From Deltaproteobacteria bacterium (GTDB lineage: Bacteria; Myxococcota_A; UBA9160; SMWR01), in contig JAQBHB010000040.1 in assembly GCA_032128115.1 (NCBI GenBank), positions 1-64,000 on the forward strand: a DNA stretch of 64,000 nt, read 5' to 3'. Below the pieces are notes generated by a model that worked only from the letters and a program-made list of their open reading frames with translations, made no database searches and was not told where the DNA came from. Position numbers and translations under genes: made by a program. How positions within the stretch are numbered: the first letter of the stretch is position 1; each line of letters starts with the position of its first letter. Of this stretch, positions 52,565-60,888 are shown in pieces.

Positions 52565-52614
52565 ACCCTGGGAAACGTCGTATGTAGACTCGGGGGATCC
52601 AAGGAGAACTCCCC

Positions 52615-53484
52615 ATGTCCCTCTGCTCCGATCTTGGCGATGTCCGGGAAGTCGAGCTGACCCAGGGCACCCTCCGCTACCGGGAGCGGGGCACCGGGGC
52701 GCCCATCGTTTTCGTCCACGGTCTGTTGGTCAACGGCGATCTGTGGCGCAAGCTGGTCCCCCAGCTATCCCACCGTTACCGCTGCATCACCCCCGACTTG
52801 CCGCTCGGCTCTCACGAGATCCCCATGAAGCCCGAAGCGGACTTGTCGATCCCCGGTATCGCCCGTCTGCTCAGCGAGTTCTGTTCCGCCCTCGGACTCG
52901 AGCATCCGACCCTGGTTGCGAACGATACAGGGGGGGCCATCACCCAATGGATGATGACGGAGCACCCGAACAGCGTCGGCAGGGTGGTGCTGACCTCGTG
53001 CGACTGCTTCGAGAACTTTCTTCCCGCCATGTTTCGACCGCTCCAGGCATTGGCACACGTTCCGCCGCTTCTCACCGCGGTTCTCCAGCCGCTGCGCCTG
53101 GCTTCGGTCCGGCGACTTCCATTCGCCTTCGGCTGGCTCGCGAAGCGACCCATTGCTCCCGAGTTCGAGGCTGGATACGCAGCACAGATCCTTGCTCAGC
53201 GCGCGATCCGGCGGGATTGCTACAAGGTCTTGCGCGACATCTCGCCGAAATACACGCGGCGGGCGGCGGAGCGCCTGGGGGAGTTCGTCAACCCGGTTCT
53301 CGTCGCCTGGGCGGCGGACGACCGCTTCTTCCCCCCGGAGCACGGGCGCCGCATCGCACAGATCGTGCCGAAGGGTCGCTTCGTGCTTATCGAGGACAGC
53401 TACACCTTCATCTCGGAAGATCAACCCGATGCGCTGGCGAAGCAGATTCTCGCCTTCCTCGAGGAGTCGCCGGGAACCCCTTGA
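52615..53484 (+). CDS. Alpha/beta fold hydrolase (epoxide hydrolase/dehalogenase-like)
   Basis: FVHGLL, PDLPLG, ANDTGG (Asp nucleophile), WAADDRFF. AAGGAG RBS. Confidence 0.88.
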   Translation: MSLCSDLGDVREVELTQGTLRYRERGTGAPIVFVHGLLVNGDLWRKLVPQLSHRYRCITPDLPLGSHEIPMKPEADLSIPGIARLLSEFCSALGLEHPTLVANDTGGAITQWMMTEHPNSVGRVVLTSCDCFENFLPAMFRPLQALAHVPPLLTAVLQPLRLASVRRLPFAFGWLAKRPIAPEFEAGYAAQILAQRAIRRDCYKVLRDISPKYTRRAAERLGEFVNPVLVAWAADDRFFPPEHGRRIAQIVPKGRFVLIEDSYTFISEDQPDALAKQILAFLEESPGTP

Positions 53485-53521
53485 TCGCGCGGCGTTTCCC
53501 GTGGGTGCGCAACGCGCGAAC

Positions 53522-53968
53522 TCAGTCCACCGGGTCGAGCACCACCACCGGAATCGTGCGCGCGCCGGCGCGCTCCTGGTACTCGTCGTAGGGCGGATAG
53601 ATCACGGCCATCTCTTCCCAGAGGCGCTTGCGCTCCTTGCCCTCGGCGACCCGGGCTCGGGCGGAGACCGCTCGGGGCCCCACCATGAGTTCGCAGTCGG
53701 GATTCGCTTCGAGGTTCAGGAACCAGATGGGGTGGTTCGGCAGGCCGCCCTTGGAGGCGATGACGACGTAGCTGCTGCCGGCTTCGCCGTAGATCAAGGG
53801 GAGGGCGCGCGCCTTGCCCGACTTTCTTCCCGTCGTCGTGAGCAGCAGCGTCGGCAACAGGCCAGGCCCGCCGACCGCTTTTGAATCCCACAGACGCGCC
53901 TTCTCCGGGTCGCTCCGGTAGAGCGCAACGTGTTCCGCAATCCAGGGGATCTCGCTGAAGTTGGCCAT
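53522..53968 (-). CDS. Deazaflavin (F420)-dependent nitroreductase family protein (Ddn-like)
   Basis: LLLTTTGRKSG, VIASKGG..HP.WFLNLEANP, YDEYQ...RTIPVVVL. Confidence 0.93.
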   Translation of the reverse strand: MANFSEIPWIAEHVALYRSDPEKARLWDSKAVGGPGLLPTLLLTTTGRKSGKARALPLIYGEAGSSYVVIASKGGLPNHPIWFLNLEANPDCELMVGPRAVSARARVAEGKERKRLWEEMAVIYPPYDEYQERAGARTIPVVVLDPVD

Positions 53969-54147
53969 GGGGGGCTCCTATCTCGAGGGGTTTCGAGCCG
54001 GAGGGTAGGCGATCCTCGGAGTGGCAGCAGGGCAGCCGCAGATCTGCCTCACCCGATCCGGGAGCGATTCACGTTTGGCGCGCGGCCGCGCTAGGCTCGT
54101 GAACCGGTCGACCCGGTCGGTCGGTGTCTGCGCCCGGAGGATCCCAC

Positions 54148-54813
54148 ATGCAGGGGCTGGTCGCGTCGCTTGGAGTGTTCTTGCTTGGCGCCGTGGGGTG
54201 GACCCTGGCCGAGTACCTGCTTCACCGTTTCGTATTCCACGGCGCTTCGGCGACGCGCCTGGGCGCGGTGGAGCACCGGCGGCACCACGCGCAGGTCGAC
54301 TACTTCGCGCCCTGGTGGCAGAAGGCTCTCGCCGCCGGGGCTGCTACGGCGGTCATGCTGCCCGTGTCCATCGCTTCCGGAGGCGCTGCCTGGGGTTTCC
54401 TCTTCACGGCCGGCTTCGTCGGGATGTACCTCCTCTACGAGGTCCTGCACCGGCGTGCCCACACCCATCCGCCCCGGGGCGTCTATGGGCGCTGGCGCCG
54501 TCGCAACCACTTTGCCCACCACTTCGTCGATCCTCGCCGGGCGCAGGGAGTGACGACGCCCCTCTGGGATCTTGTCTTCGCGACGAGACTGCCCGTGGAG
54601 AGGGTGCGCATTCCCCGACGGCTCGCGATGCCGTGGCTCGTCGATGCCGACGGCGAGATCGGGTCCGCCTACGCGTACGACTACGAGCTGGTCGGAAGCG
54701 CACGCAACGACGCCCTTTCTCGCCAGTCCGACAGCCAGGCGGCGCTGGAGAACCGCAGCCCCGCGACCGGGTCGGCCCGTCCAGATCCCGCGCGGCCCCC
54801 TGAAGCGCTGTAG
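54148..54813 (+). CDS. Fatty acid hydroxylase / sterol desaturase family protein
   Basis: EYLLHRFVFH, HRRHH, YEVLHRRAH, HFAHHF, GVTTPLWDLVF. Confidence 0.9.
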   Translation: MQGLVASLGVFLLGAVGWTLAEYLLHRFVFHGASATRLGAVEHRRHHAQVDYFAPWWQKALAAGAATAVMLPVSIASGGAAWGFLFTAGFVGMYLLYEVLHRRAHTHPPRGVYGRWRRRNHFAHHFVDPRRAQGVTTPLWDLVFATRLPVERVRIPRRLAMPWLVDADGEIGSAYAYDYELVGSARNDALSRQSDSQAALENRSPATGSARPDPARPPEAL

Positions 54814-54903
54814 GAGCGCAACGGCGCGCTCCAGGAGATCCGGGTCCAGGCTCCGGTTCGCAGTCATCTGCGAAGATCTACACAGCGGTTCACCATCAGC
54901 CAG

Positions 54904-56250
54904 TCACTCGATCCCGTAGCGCTTCATCTTCTTGTAGAGACCCTCGCGAGTGATGCCCAGGTGGCGTGCGGTGACGGTTCGGCCGCCATCGTGGGCGGCG
55001 AGTGCCTTGCGGATCAGCCAGGCTTCGATGCGACCGAGCGTCTCGCGCAGGCTCTCCCCCGGGCAGTGGTTCGACTCGATGGGCTCGAGGATTCCCGACA
55101 CACGCTTGGAGAAACGAGCGGGGGTGAGCCGCTCGCCGGGTGCTGCCAGGGCCAGTGCGCGCTGCACCTCGTTCTCGAGCTCGCGGACGTTGCCGGGCCA
55201 GCGGTAGGCCTGGAGCAGGCGCTCCGCTTCCGGCGCGAGACAGACCCGGGGCTTGCGCTCCCGCCGCCCGTGCAGCTCGAGAAAATGTCGCGCCAGGGGT
55301 GCCACGTCGCCGGGTCGGTCTCGCAGCGGGGGCACCGCAATCGGGAAGACGGCCAGCCGGTAGTACAGATCGGTTCGGAAGCCCGGCCCCGGGTATTCAC
55401 CTTCCAGATCGCGATTGGTGGCAGCGATCACCCGAACGTCTACCGACCGGGACCGGGACCCGCCGAGCGGCCGCACCTCGCGCTCCTGGAGGGCGCGCAG
55501 GAGCTTTGCCTGGAAGGGCCCCGAGGTTTCACTCACCTCGTCGAGAAACAGCGTGCCCCGGTCGGCCTCCTCGAACAGACCCTTCCTGTCGCGGTCGGCG
55601 CCGGTGAAGGCGCCGCGCAGGTGCCCGAAGAGTTCGCTCTCCAACAGCGACTCCGGAAAGGCCGCGCAGTTGATCGCGACGAACGGACGCCGCCGGCGCG
55701 GGCTGCGGTCGTGGATGGCGCGCGCCACCAGTTCTTTTCCGGTTCCGGTTTCGCCCGTGATGAGCACCGTGGCGCGCGAACGGGCGGCACACCCCACCAG
55801 GGCGAATACCTCGTCCATGCCGGCGCTGTTGCCCACGATGCCGGACAGGCGGGGCGCGTCGCTGGGTCCGGCCCTGCGGTGTCGGGCAGCACACTTTTCG
55901 ATGCGGGCGATCAGATCGGCTGCTTCCTCGCCCGGAGACTCGGGATTGCGGCGAACGACATCCGCCGCACCTGCGGAAAGCAGAGCCTGGGCCCGGGCGA
56001 ATTCCGGTGCATCCAACCGGATCAAGATGGGCGGGGCACCCGCGTGCACCCGGATTCGTTCGAGCGTGAGCGAGGCGAGGTCCGCATCGGGAACGTCGAC
56101 CACCACGGCGTCGTAGGCGGCGAGGGCAAGCGCTTCGGCAGCCTCGATCCCGGGCTCCCACACGATGTCGAGATTTGGCGCATGGGCCGCCAGGTCGGCG
56201 GCGAAGCGTTCGCCACGGCCGATCCACACGATCGATCGAATTGCGGGCAC
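54904..56250 (-). CDS. Sigma-54-dependent enhancer-binding protein (degenerate receiver, AAA+, Fis HTH)
   Basis: GETGTGKE, ESELFGH..GAFTGA, LFLDEV, WPGNVREL, LGITREGLYKK. GTG start after AAGGAG. Confidence 0.93.
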   Translation of the reverse strand: MPAIRSIVWIGRGERFAADLAAHAPNLDIVWEPGIEAAEALALAAYDAVVVDVPDADLASLTLERIRVHAGAPPILIRLDAPEFARAQALLSAGAADVVRRNPESPGEEAADLIARIEKCAARHRRAGPSDAPRLSGIVGNSAGMDEVFALVGCAARSRATVLITGETGTGKELVARAIHDRSPRRRRPFVAINCAAFPESLLESELFGHLRGAFTGADRDRKGLFEEADRGTLFLDEVSETSGPFQAKLLRALQEREVRPLGGSRSRSVDVRVIAATNRDLEGEYPGPGFRTDLYYRLAVFPIAVPPLRDRPGDVAPLARHFLELHGRRERKPRVCLAPEAERLLQAYRWPGNVRELENEVQRALALAAPGERLTPARFSKRVSGILEPIESNHCPGESLRETLGRIEAWLIRKALAAHDGGRTVTARHLGITREGLYKKMKRYGIE

Positions 56251-56283
56251 GTGGGTCTCCTTGCACCCCCCGAACGGATGAAG

Positions 56284-56299
56284 AGCAATTGGCGTGCCG
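56284..56299 (-). promoter_or_regulatory. Sigma-54 (-24/-12) promoter upstream of the enhancer-binding protein gene
   Basis: Minus strand CGGCAC-GCCAA-TTGCT with correct spacing, about 35 bp upstream of the GTG start. Confidence 0.75.
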
Positions 56300-56444
56300 T
56301 TGTCGCGGCGTCTCACGTCCGGCGCGCAGGTCGCACGCGGCGTTGCTGGCCAAAAGGTGGCCGAACGGCCACCGGCCCGCGGTAGACTGCGTGTTCACGC
56401 CGGAGGGGGGCGGATTGCATCGGGGCCGCCGATCGTGTCGCGCA

Positions 56445-58394
56445 GTGGGGTGTCTGCTTGGACTGGTGCTCGTCGCCTGCGGTCCTCCCGATGGCGGGGA
56501 GGGCGCACGCCGAAGTGGACCGGCCCAGGACTGGCGGGACTACGGCGGCGATCCGGGCGGAAGCCGCCACACGCCGCTCGACGAGATCACGCCCGACAAC
56601 GTCGAGCGGCTGGAAGTCGCGTGGACCTATCGCACGGGTGAGCCCCCATCGGACGGTACTGGAGACGTCCGCTCCACCACGGCCTTCGAGAATACGCCGA
56701 TCCTGGTGGACGAAACGCTCTACCTCTGCACGCCCATGAACCGGGTGATCGCCCTCGATCCCGAGACGGGGGAGGAGCGCTGGCGCTACGACCCGCAGCT
56801 GGACCTGTCGGGGAGGTACGCCAACCAGATGGTGTGTCGGGGTGTCTCCAGCTGGCTCGATCCCGAGCGCGGCGACGGCGAAGTGTGTCGCCGCCGCATC
56901 TTCACCGGCACCAACGACGCCCGCCTGATCGCGCTCGACGCCGCCACGGGCCGCCCCTGTGGCGACTTCGGCGTGGCCGGCGAGATCGATCTCAATCCCG
57001 CTGCCGGGCCGCAGGGGTGGAAGGGCGAATACCAGGTGACGTCGCCGCCGGCGGTGGCCGGCGAGGTGGTGATCGTGGGCTCGGCCGTGAGCGACAACCA
57101 GCGCGACGACGCGCCCAGCGGTGTGGTTCGCGCCTTCGACGCCCGCAGCGGCGCGCTGCGCTGGGCCTGGGACCTGGCGCCTCCCGGCTTCGAGTATACG
57201 CCAGCGAACAGCAGCGGCGCCGGCTACGCCCTCAGTACCCCCAACGTCTGGGCGCCCATGTCGGTGGATCACGAACGCGATCTGGTGTTCGTGCCCACGG
57301 GCAATCCCTCGCCCGACTACTATCGGGGTTCGGACTCGAACCTGGATCACTTCGGGAGCTCGACGGTGGCCCTGCGCGCCTCGACCGGCCAGGTGGTGTG
57401 GGCGTTCCAGACGGTGCACCGGGATCTGTGGGATTTCGACGTCCCGTCCCAACCGAGCCTGTTCCGCCTGGTGCGCAACGGAAGCGAGCGCGACGCCGTG
57501 GTGCAGGCCACCAAGATGGGCTTCCTGTTCGTGCTCGACCGCGAGACCGGAGATCCGCTGTTTCCGGTGGAGGAGCGCCCGGTGCCGCAGATCCGGGTTC
57601 CGGGTGAGAAGCTCTCGCCCACCCAGCCCTTTCCCACCGGACTCCCCCATCTGGTGCCCATCGACCTGAGCCCGGACGATGCCTGGGGCCTCACGCCCTG
57701 GGACCGGGGCGCCTGTCGCGATCGGATCGAGGCCCTGCGCTTCGAGGGCATCTTCACGCCGCCCACCGAGCAGGGAAGTCTCATGTACCCGGGCAATGCC
57801 GGCGGCTCGAACTGGGGGGGCGTGGCGGTCGACTCGGACCGGCAACTCCTCATCGTGAACACGCAGAACCTGGCCTGGGCGGTGACCCTGTTTCCCTCCG
57901 AGGATTTCGAAGCCGAGAAGGCGGCCCACCCGGACCTGGAGGTGTCGCCCCAGAAGGGCAAGCCCTATGGCATGCGCCGCGAGCTGCTGCTCTCGCCGCT
58001 CGGCATCCCCTGCACTCCGCCGCCCTGGGGCAGCCTGGCCGCGGTGGACCTGACGCGCGGCGAATTGCTGTGGCAGGTGCCCCTGGGCACGCTCCGCGAC
58101 GTGGCTCCGATCCCGATTCCCATCACCGTCGGGGTTCCCAACCTGGGCGGGCCGCTCGTGACCGGGGGCGGGCTCGTCTTCATCGGGGCCGCATTCGACA
58201 ACTACCTGCGCGCTTTTGACCTCGGCACCGGCGAGGAACTGTGGAGAGCGCGCCTGCCGGCGGGCCCCCAGGCCACCCCCATGAGCTATCGGGTGCGCGA
58301 CGGCGGGCGCCAGTTCGTGGTGATCGCTGCCGGGGGCTACGGGCGCGCGGGAACCAATCTCGGCGACTACGTGGTGGCTTTCGCATTGGAGTAG
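56445..58394 (+). CDS. PQQ-dependent dehydrogenase (second paralog), lipoprotein type
   Basis: LVLVAC lipobox, GGSRHTPLDEI, CRGV, VHRDLWDFD, GGSNWGG, LPAGPQATPMSY. Start uncertain. Confidence 0.92.
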   Translation: MGCLLGLVLVACGPPDGGEGARRSGPAQDWRDYGGDPGGSRHTPLDEITPDNVERLEVAWTYRTGEPPSDGTGDVRSTTAFENTPILVDETLYLCTPMNRVIALDPETGEERWRYDPQLDLSGRYANQMVCRGVSSWLDPERGDGEVCRRRIFTGTNDARLIALDAATGRPCGDFGVAGEIDLNPAAGPQGWKGEYQVTSPPAVAGEVVIVGSAVSDNQRDDAPSGVVRAFDARSGALRWAWDLAPPGFEYTPANSSGAGYALSTPNVWAPMSVDHERDLVFVPTGNPSPDYYRGSDSNLDHFGSSTVALRASTGQVVWAFQTVHRDLWDFDVPSQPSLFRLVRNGSERDAVVQATKMGFLFVLDRETGDPLFPVEERPVPQIRVPGEKLSPTQPFPTGLPHLVPIDLSPDDAWGLTPWDRGACRDRIEALRFEGIFTPPTEQGSLMYPGNAGGSNWGGVAVDSDRQLLIVNTQNLAWAVTLFPSEDFEAEKAAHPDLEVSPQKGKPYGMRRELLLSPLGIPCTPPPWGSLAAVDLTRGELLWQVPLGTLRDVAPIPIPITVGVPNLGGPLVTGGGLVFIGAAFDNYLRAFDLGTGEELWRARLPAGPQATPMSYRVRDGGRQFVVIAAGGYGRAGTNLGDYVVAFALE

Positions 58395-58455
58395 GGGCCG
58401 GAGTCTGCCGATACGTCCGCAGTCGACTTCTGCGGAGACCGCAGTCCGGAGTCCC

Positions 58456-59109
58456 ATGGCCCTGCTCAACCGAAGCAAGAGCTACGACCGCAATCGCATC
58501 CTGGGCGACGCGGCCACGGCCCGGAAGAAGGGCAAGACCAAGAAGGCGCTGGGTCTCTACCTGCGCGTGCTGGAGCACGAGCCGGCGAATCCGGACCTAC
58601 ACCGGCGTGCGGCACCCCTGCTGGCCGAGATGAAGCAGAACGAGCAGTCGGTCAAGAGCTACCGCCGGGCCGTGGAGCGGATGGTGACCCAGGGTTTCAT
58701 GGAGCAGGCCACGGGCCTCTACCGGGAGGCCTTGAGCTACATGCCCCAGGACGCGGAGCTCTGGGTGTCGCTGGCCGATCTTCAGGTCCGGCGCGACATG
58801 CGCCCGGACGCCATGGAAAGCCTCTTGAAGGGCCGGAGCCAATTCCGCAAGAAGCAGCACTGGCCCCAGGCGATCCGGCTGCTCGTCCTGGCCCGGAAGC
58901 TCGATGCATACGCCTTCGCGCCCAACTACGATCTGGCCTGTCTGCTGGCCCGCGCGAACGCGAAGGATCGCGCCCTGCGCATCCTGGCGCAGCTGGCGGG
59001 CCACGTGCGGGGACGCCTCCTGCGCCGCGTCCGGGGCAAGCTCTTCCGGCTCTCGCCGAGCCTCGGCGCCGCCTGGCGCTGGATCCGGGCGCTCTTCGCG
59101 GGGCGCTGA
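58456..59109 (+). CDS. TPR-like helical repeat protein
   Basis: KALGLYLRVLEHEPANPD, QATGLYREALSYMPQDAELW. Confidence 0.72.
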   Translation: MALLNRSKSYDRNRILGDAATARKKGKTKKALGLYLRVLEHEPANPDLHRRAAPLLAEMKQNEQSVKSYRRAVERMVTQGFMEQATGLYREALSYMPQDAELWVSLADLQVRRDMRPDAMESLLKGRSQFRKKQHWPQAIRLLVLARKLDAYAFAPNYDLACLLARANAKDRALRILAQLAGHVRGRLLRRVRGKLFRLSPSLGAAWRWIRALFAGR

Positions 59110-59141
59110 TCGCCCCAGGTGATCCCGTGCGAGCCGGCGTT

Positions 59142-60836
59142 ATGATCGGTCGCATGTCGGCCGATGCGCCCCGGACCGGCCCGCCGAAGGCTCCCGAGTC
59201 GACGCAGGGCGAGCGGCTCGCTGTGGCGGGACTCTTCGTCTCGGCCTTTCTGCTGCGCCTGATGCATCTGCAGCAGATTCGCGCTCACGATCCGTTCTTC
59301 GGGCTCCCGAGCGTCGATCCGCGCCTCTATCACGAGTGGGCCCAGGCCATCGGCGGCAACTTCCTGGGCTTCACGCCGTTTTTCATGGCCCCCCTGTATC
59401 CGTACACCCTGGCGCTGCTCTATGCCGTTACGGGTCCCGACCTGCTGGCGGCCCGCCTCCTGAACTGCCTGCTCGGGGCGCTCACGTGCGTGCTGGTCTG
59501 GCGCCTGGCCCGTGAATTCTTCGACCGCCGGGTGGCGCTCCTGGCGGGTGCGCTCACCGCCCTCTACTCGATGCTGATCTTCTACGAAGGCAGCCTGCTG
59601 GCGGAAAACCTGATCGCCCCCCTCACGCTGTGCGTCGTGCTCACGTCGGTGCGGGCACTGGGCGAGCCGCGGGTTTCCCGCTGGCTGCTGGCGGGGGCCG
59701 TGTTGGGCCTCGCCGCCACCGCCCGCCAGAACGTGTTGCTCTACGCACCGTTGATGCTGGGATGGATGGCCTGGAGCCTGCGGGATCGGGTGGCTCCCAT
59801 GCGCCGCCTGGGTCTGGCCGCGGGGTACGCACTGGGCCTGGCGCTGCTGGTGCTGCCCGTCACCCTGCGCAATCTGGTGGTGACCGGAGACGCGGCACTC
59901 ATCGCCACGTCCGGAGGCTCGAACTTCTACGCGGGAAACAATCCCGAGGCCAACGGTGCCTATCGCATTCCCAGTCGCTTCCCGCGCGCGCAGAGCGACG
60001 ATGCGATCGAGCAGGCCGCCATCTACCACGCTACGGCGGAGCGGGAGCAGGGGCGCCCGCTGCGCGCCTCGGAGGCTTCTGCCTACTGGTTCGGGCAGGG
60101 CCTGGCGTTCATCCGCAACGATCCGAGTGCCTGGCTGCGGCTCGAGTGGCGCAAGCTGCGGCGCTTCTGGAACGCGGACGAGATCTGGAACAACCGGTCG
60201 TACGAACTCACCCGGGAGTTCTCGTGGCTGCTGCGCCTGCCCCTGGTGAGTTTCGGGGTGCTTGCGCCCCTGGCGTTGCTTGGGCTTGGACTGACCGTGC
60301 GCGACTGGCGGGGGCTCTTCCCATTGCACGCCATGATCGCCGTCTACCTGGCCACCGCGTTGGCGCTGTTCGTGTTGTCGCGTTACCGCGTGCCCGTGGT
60401 GCCGCTGCTTGCGGTCTTCGCGGCGGCGGCGGCGGTTCGCCTGGTGGAAGATGCCCGGGCCCAGAAGTGGCGAGGCCTGGCCGCGGCGCTCGTGGCGCTC
60501 GCCGCGCTCGTCGCCTTCACGCGGCTGCCCTTTCCGGAAGCGAGCCTTGGCATGGCCCACTACAACCTGGCCAATCGCTACCAGGCCCTGGGCCAGTGGG
60601 ATCGGGCCATCGCGCACTACGGCCAGGCCATCGCGGACGACCCCGACTACATCTCCAGCTACAACAACCTGGCAGTGGTCTTCGAAGAGATGGGGAGCCA
60701 TCGCGACCAGGCCATTGCGACCTGGCAGCGGGTGCTCGAGTTGGCGAACGAGCAGGGCCTCGAGCGCCACGCCGAGCGCGCCCGCCGTCACCTGATCGAA
60801 CTCCAGGCGGACGGCGCCGGGCACAGCGATCGCTAG
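59142..60836 (+). CDS. ArnT/PMT (GT39-like) membrane glycosyltransferase with C-terminal TPR
   Basis: DPRLYHEWA, PLYPY, NFYAGNNPEANG, RYRVPVVP, TPR motif AHYNLANRY...YNNLA. Confidence 0.82.
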   Translation: MIGRMSADAPRTGPPKAPESTQGERLAVAGLFVSAFLLRLMHLQQIRAHDPFFGLPSVDPRLYHEWAQAIGGNFLGFTPFFMAPLYPYTLALLYAVTGPDLLAARLLNCLLGALTCVLVWRLAREFFDRRVALLAGALTALYSMLIFYEGSLLAENLIAPLTLCVVLTSVRALGEPRVSRWLLAGAVLGLAATARQNVLLYAPLMLGWMAWSLRDRVAPMRRLGLAAGYALGLALLVLPVTLRNLVVTGDAALIATSGGSNFYAGNNPEANGAYRIPSRFPRAQSDDAIEQAAIYHATAEREQGRPLRASEASAYWFGQGLAFIRNDPSAWLRLEWRKLRRFWNADEIWNNRSYELTREFSWLLRLPLVSFGVLAPLALLGLGLTVRDWRGLFPLHAMIAVYLATALALFVLSRYRVPVVPLLAVFAAAAAVRLVEDARAQKWRGLAAALVALAALVAFTRLPFPEASLGMAHYNLANRYQALGQWDRAIAHYGQAIADDPDYISSYNNLAVVFEEMGSHRDQAIATWQRVLELANEQGLERHAERARRHLIELQADGAGHSDR

Positions 60837-60849
60837 AGGGATCCCGGCT

Positions 60850-60888
60850 CGGGATCAGCGCTTCCACACCCGGGATCAGCGCTTCCAC
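60850..60888. repeat. 18-bp direct repeat (21-bp period) duplicating the 3' end of the repeat-protein gene
   Basis: CGGGATCAGCGCTTCCAC at 60850 and 60871. Confidence 0.85.
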
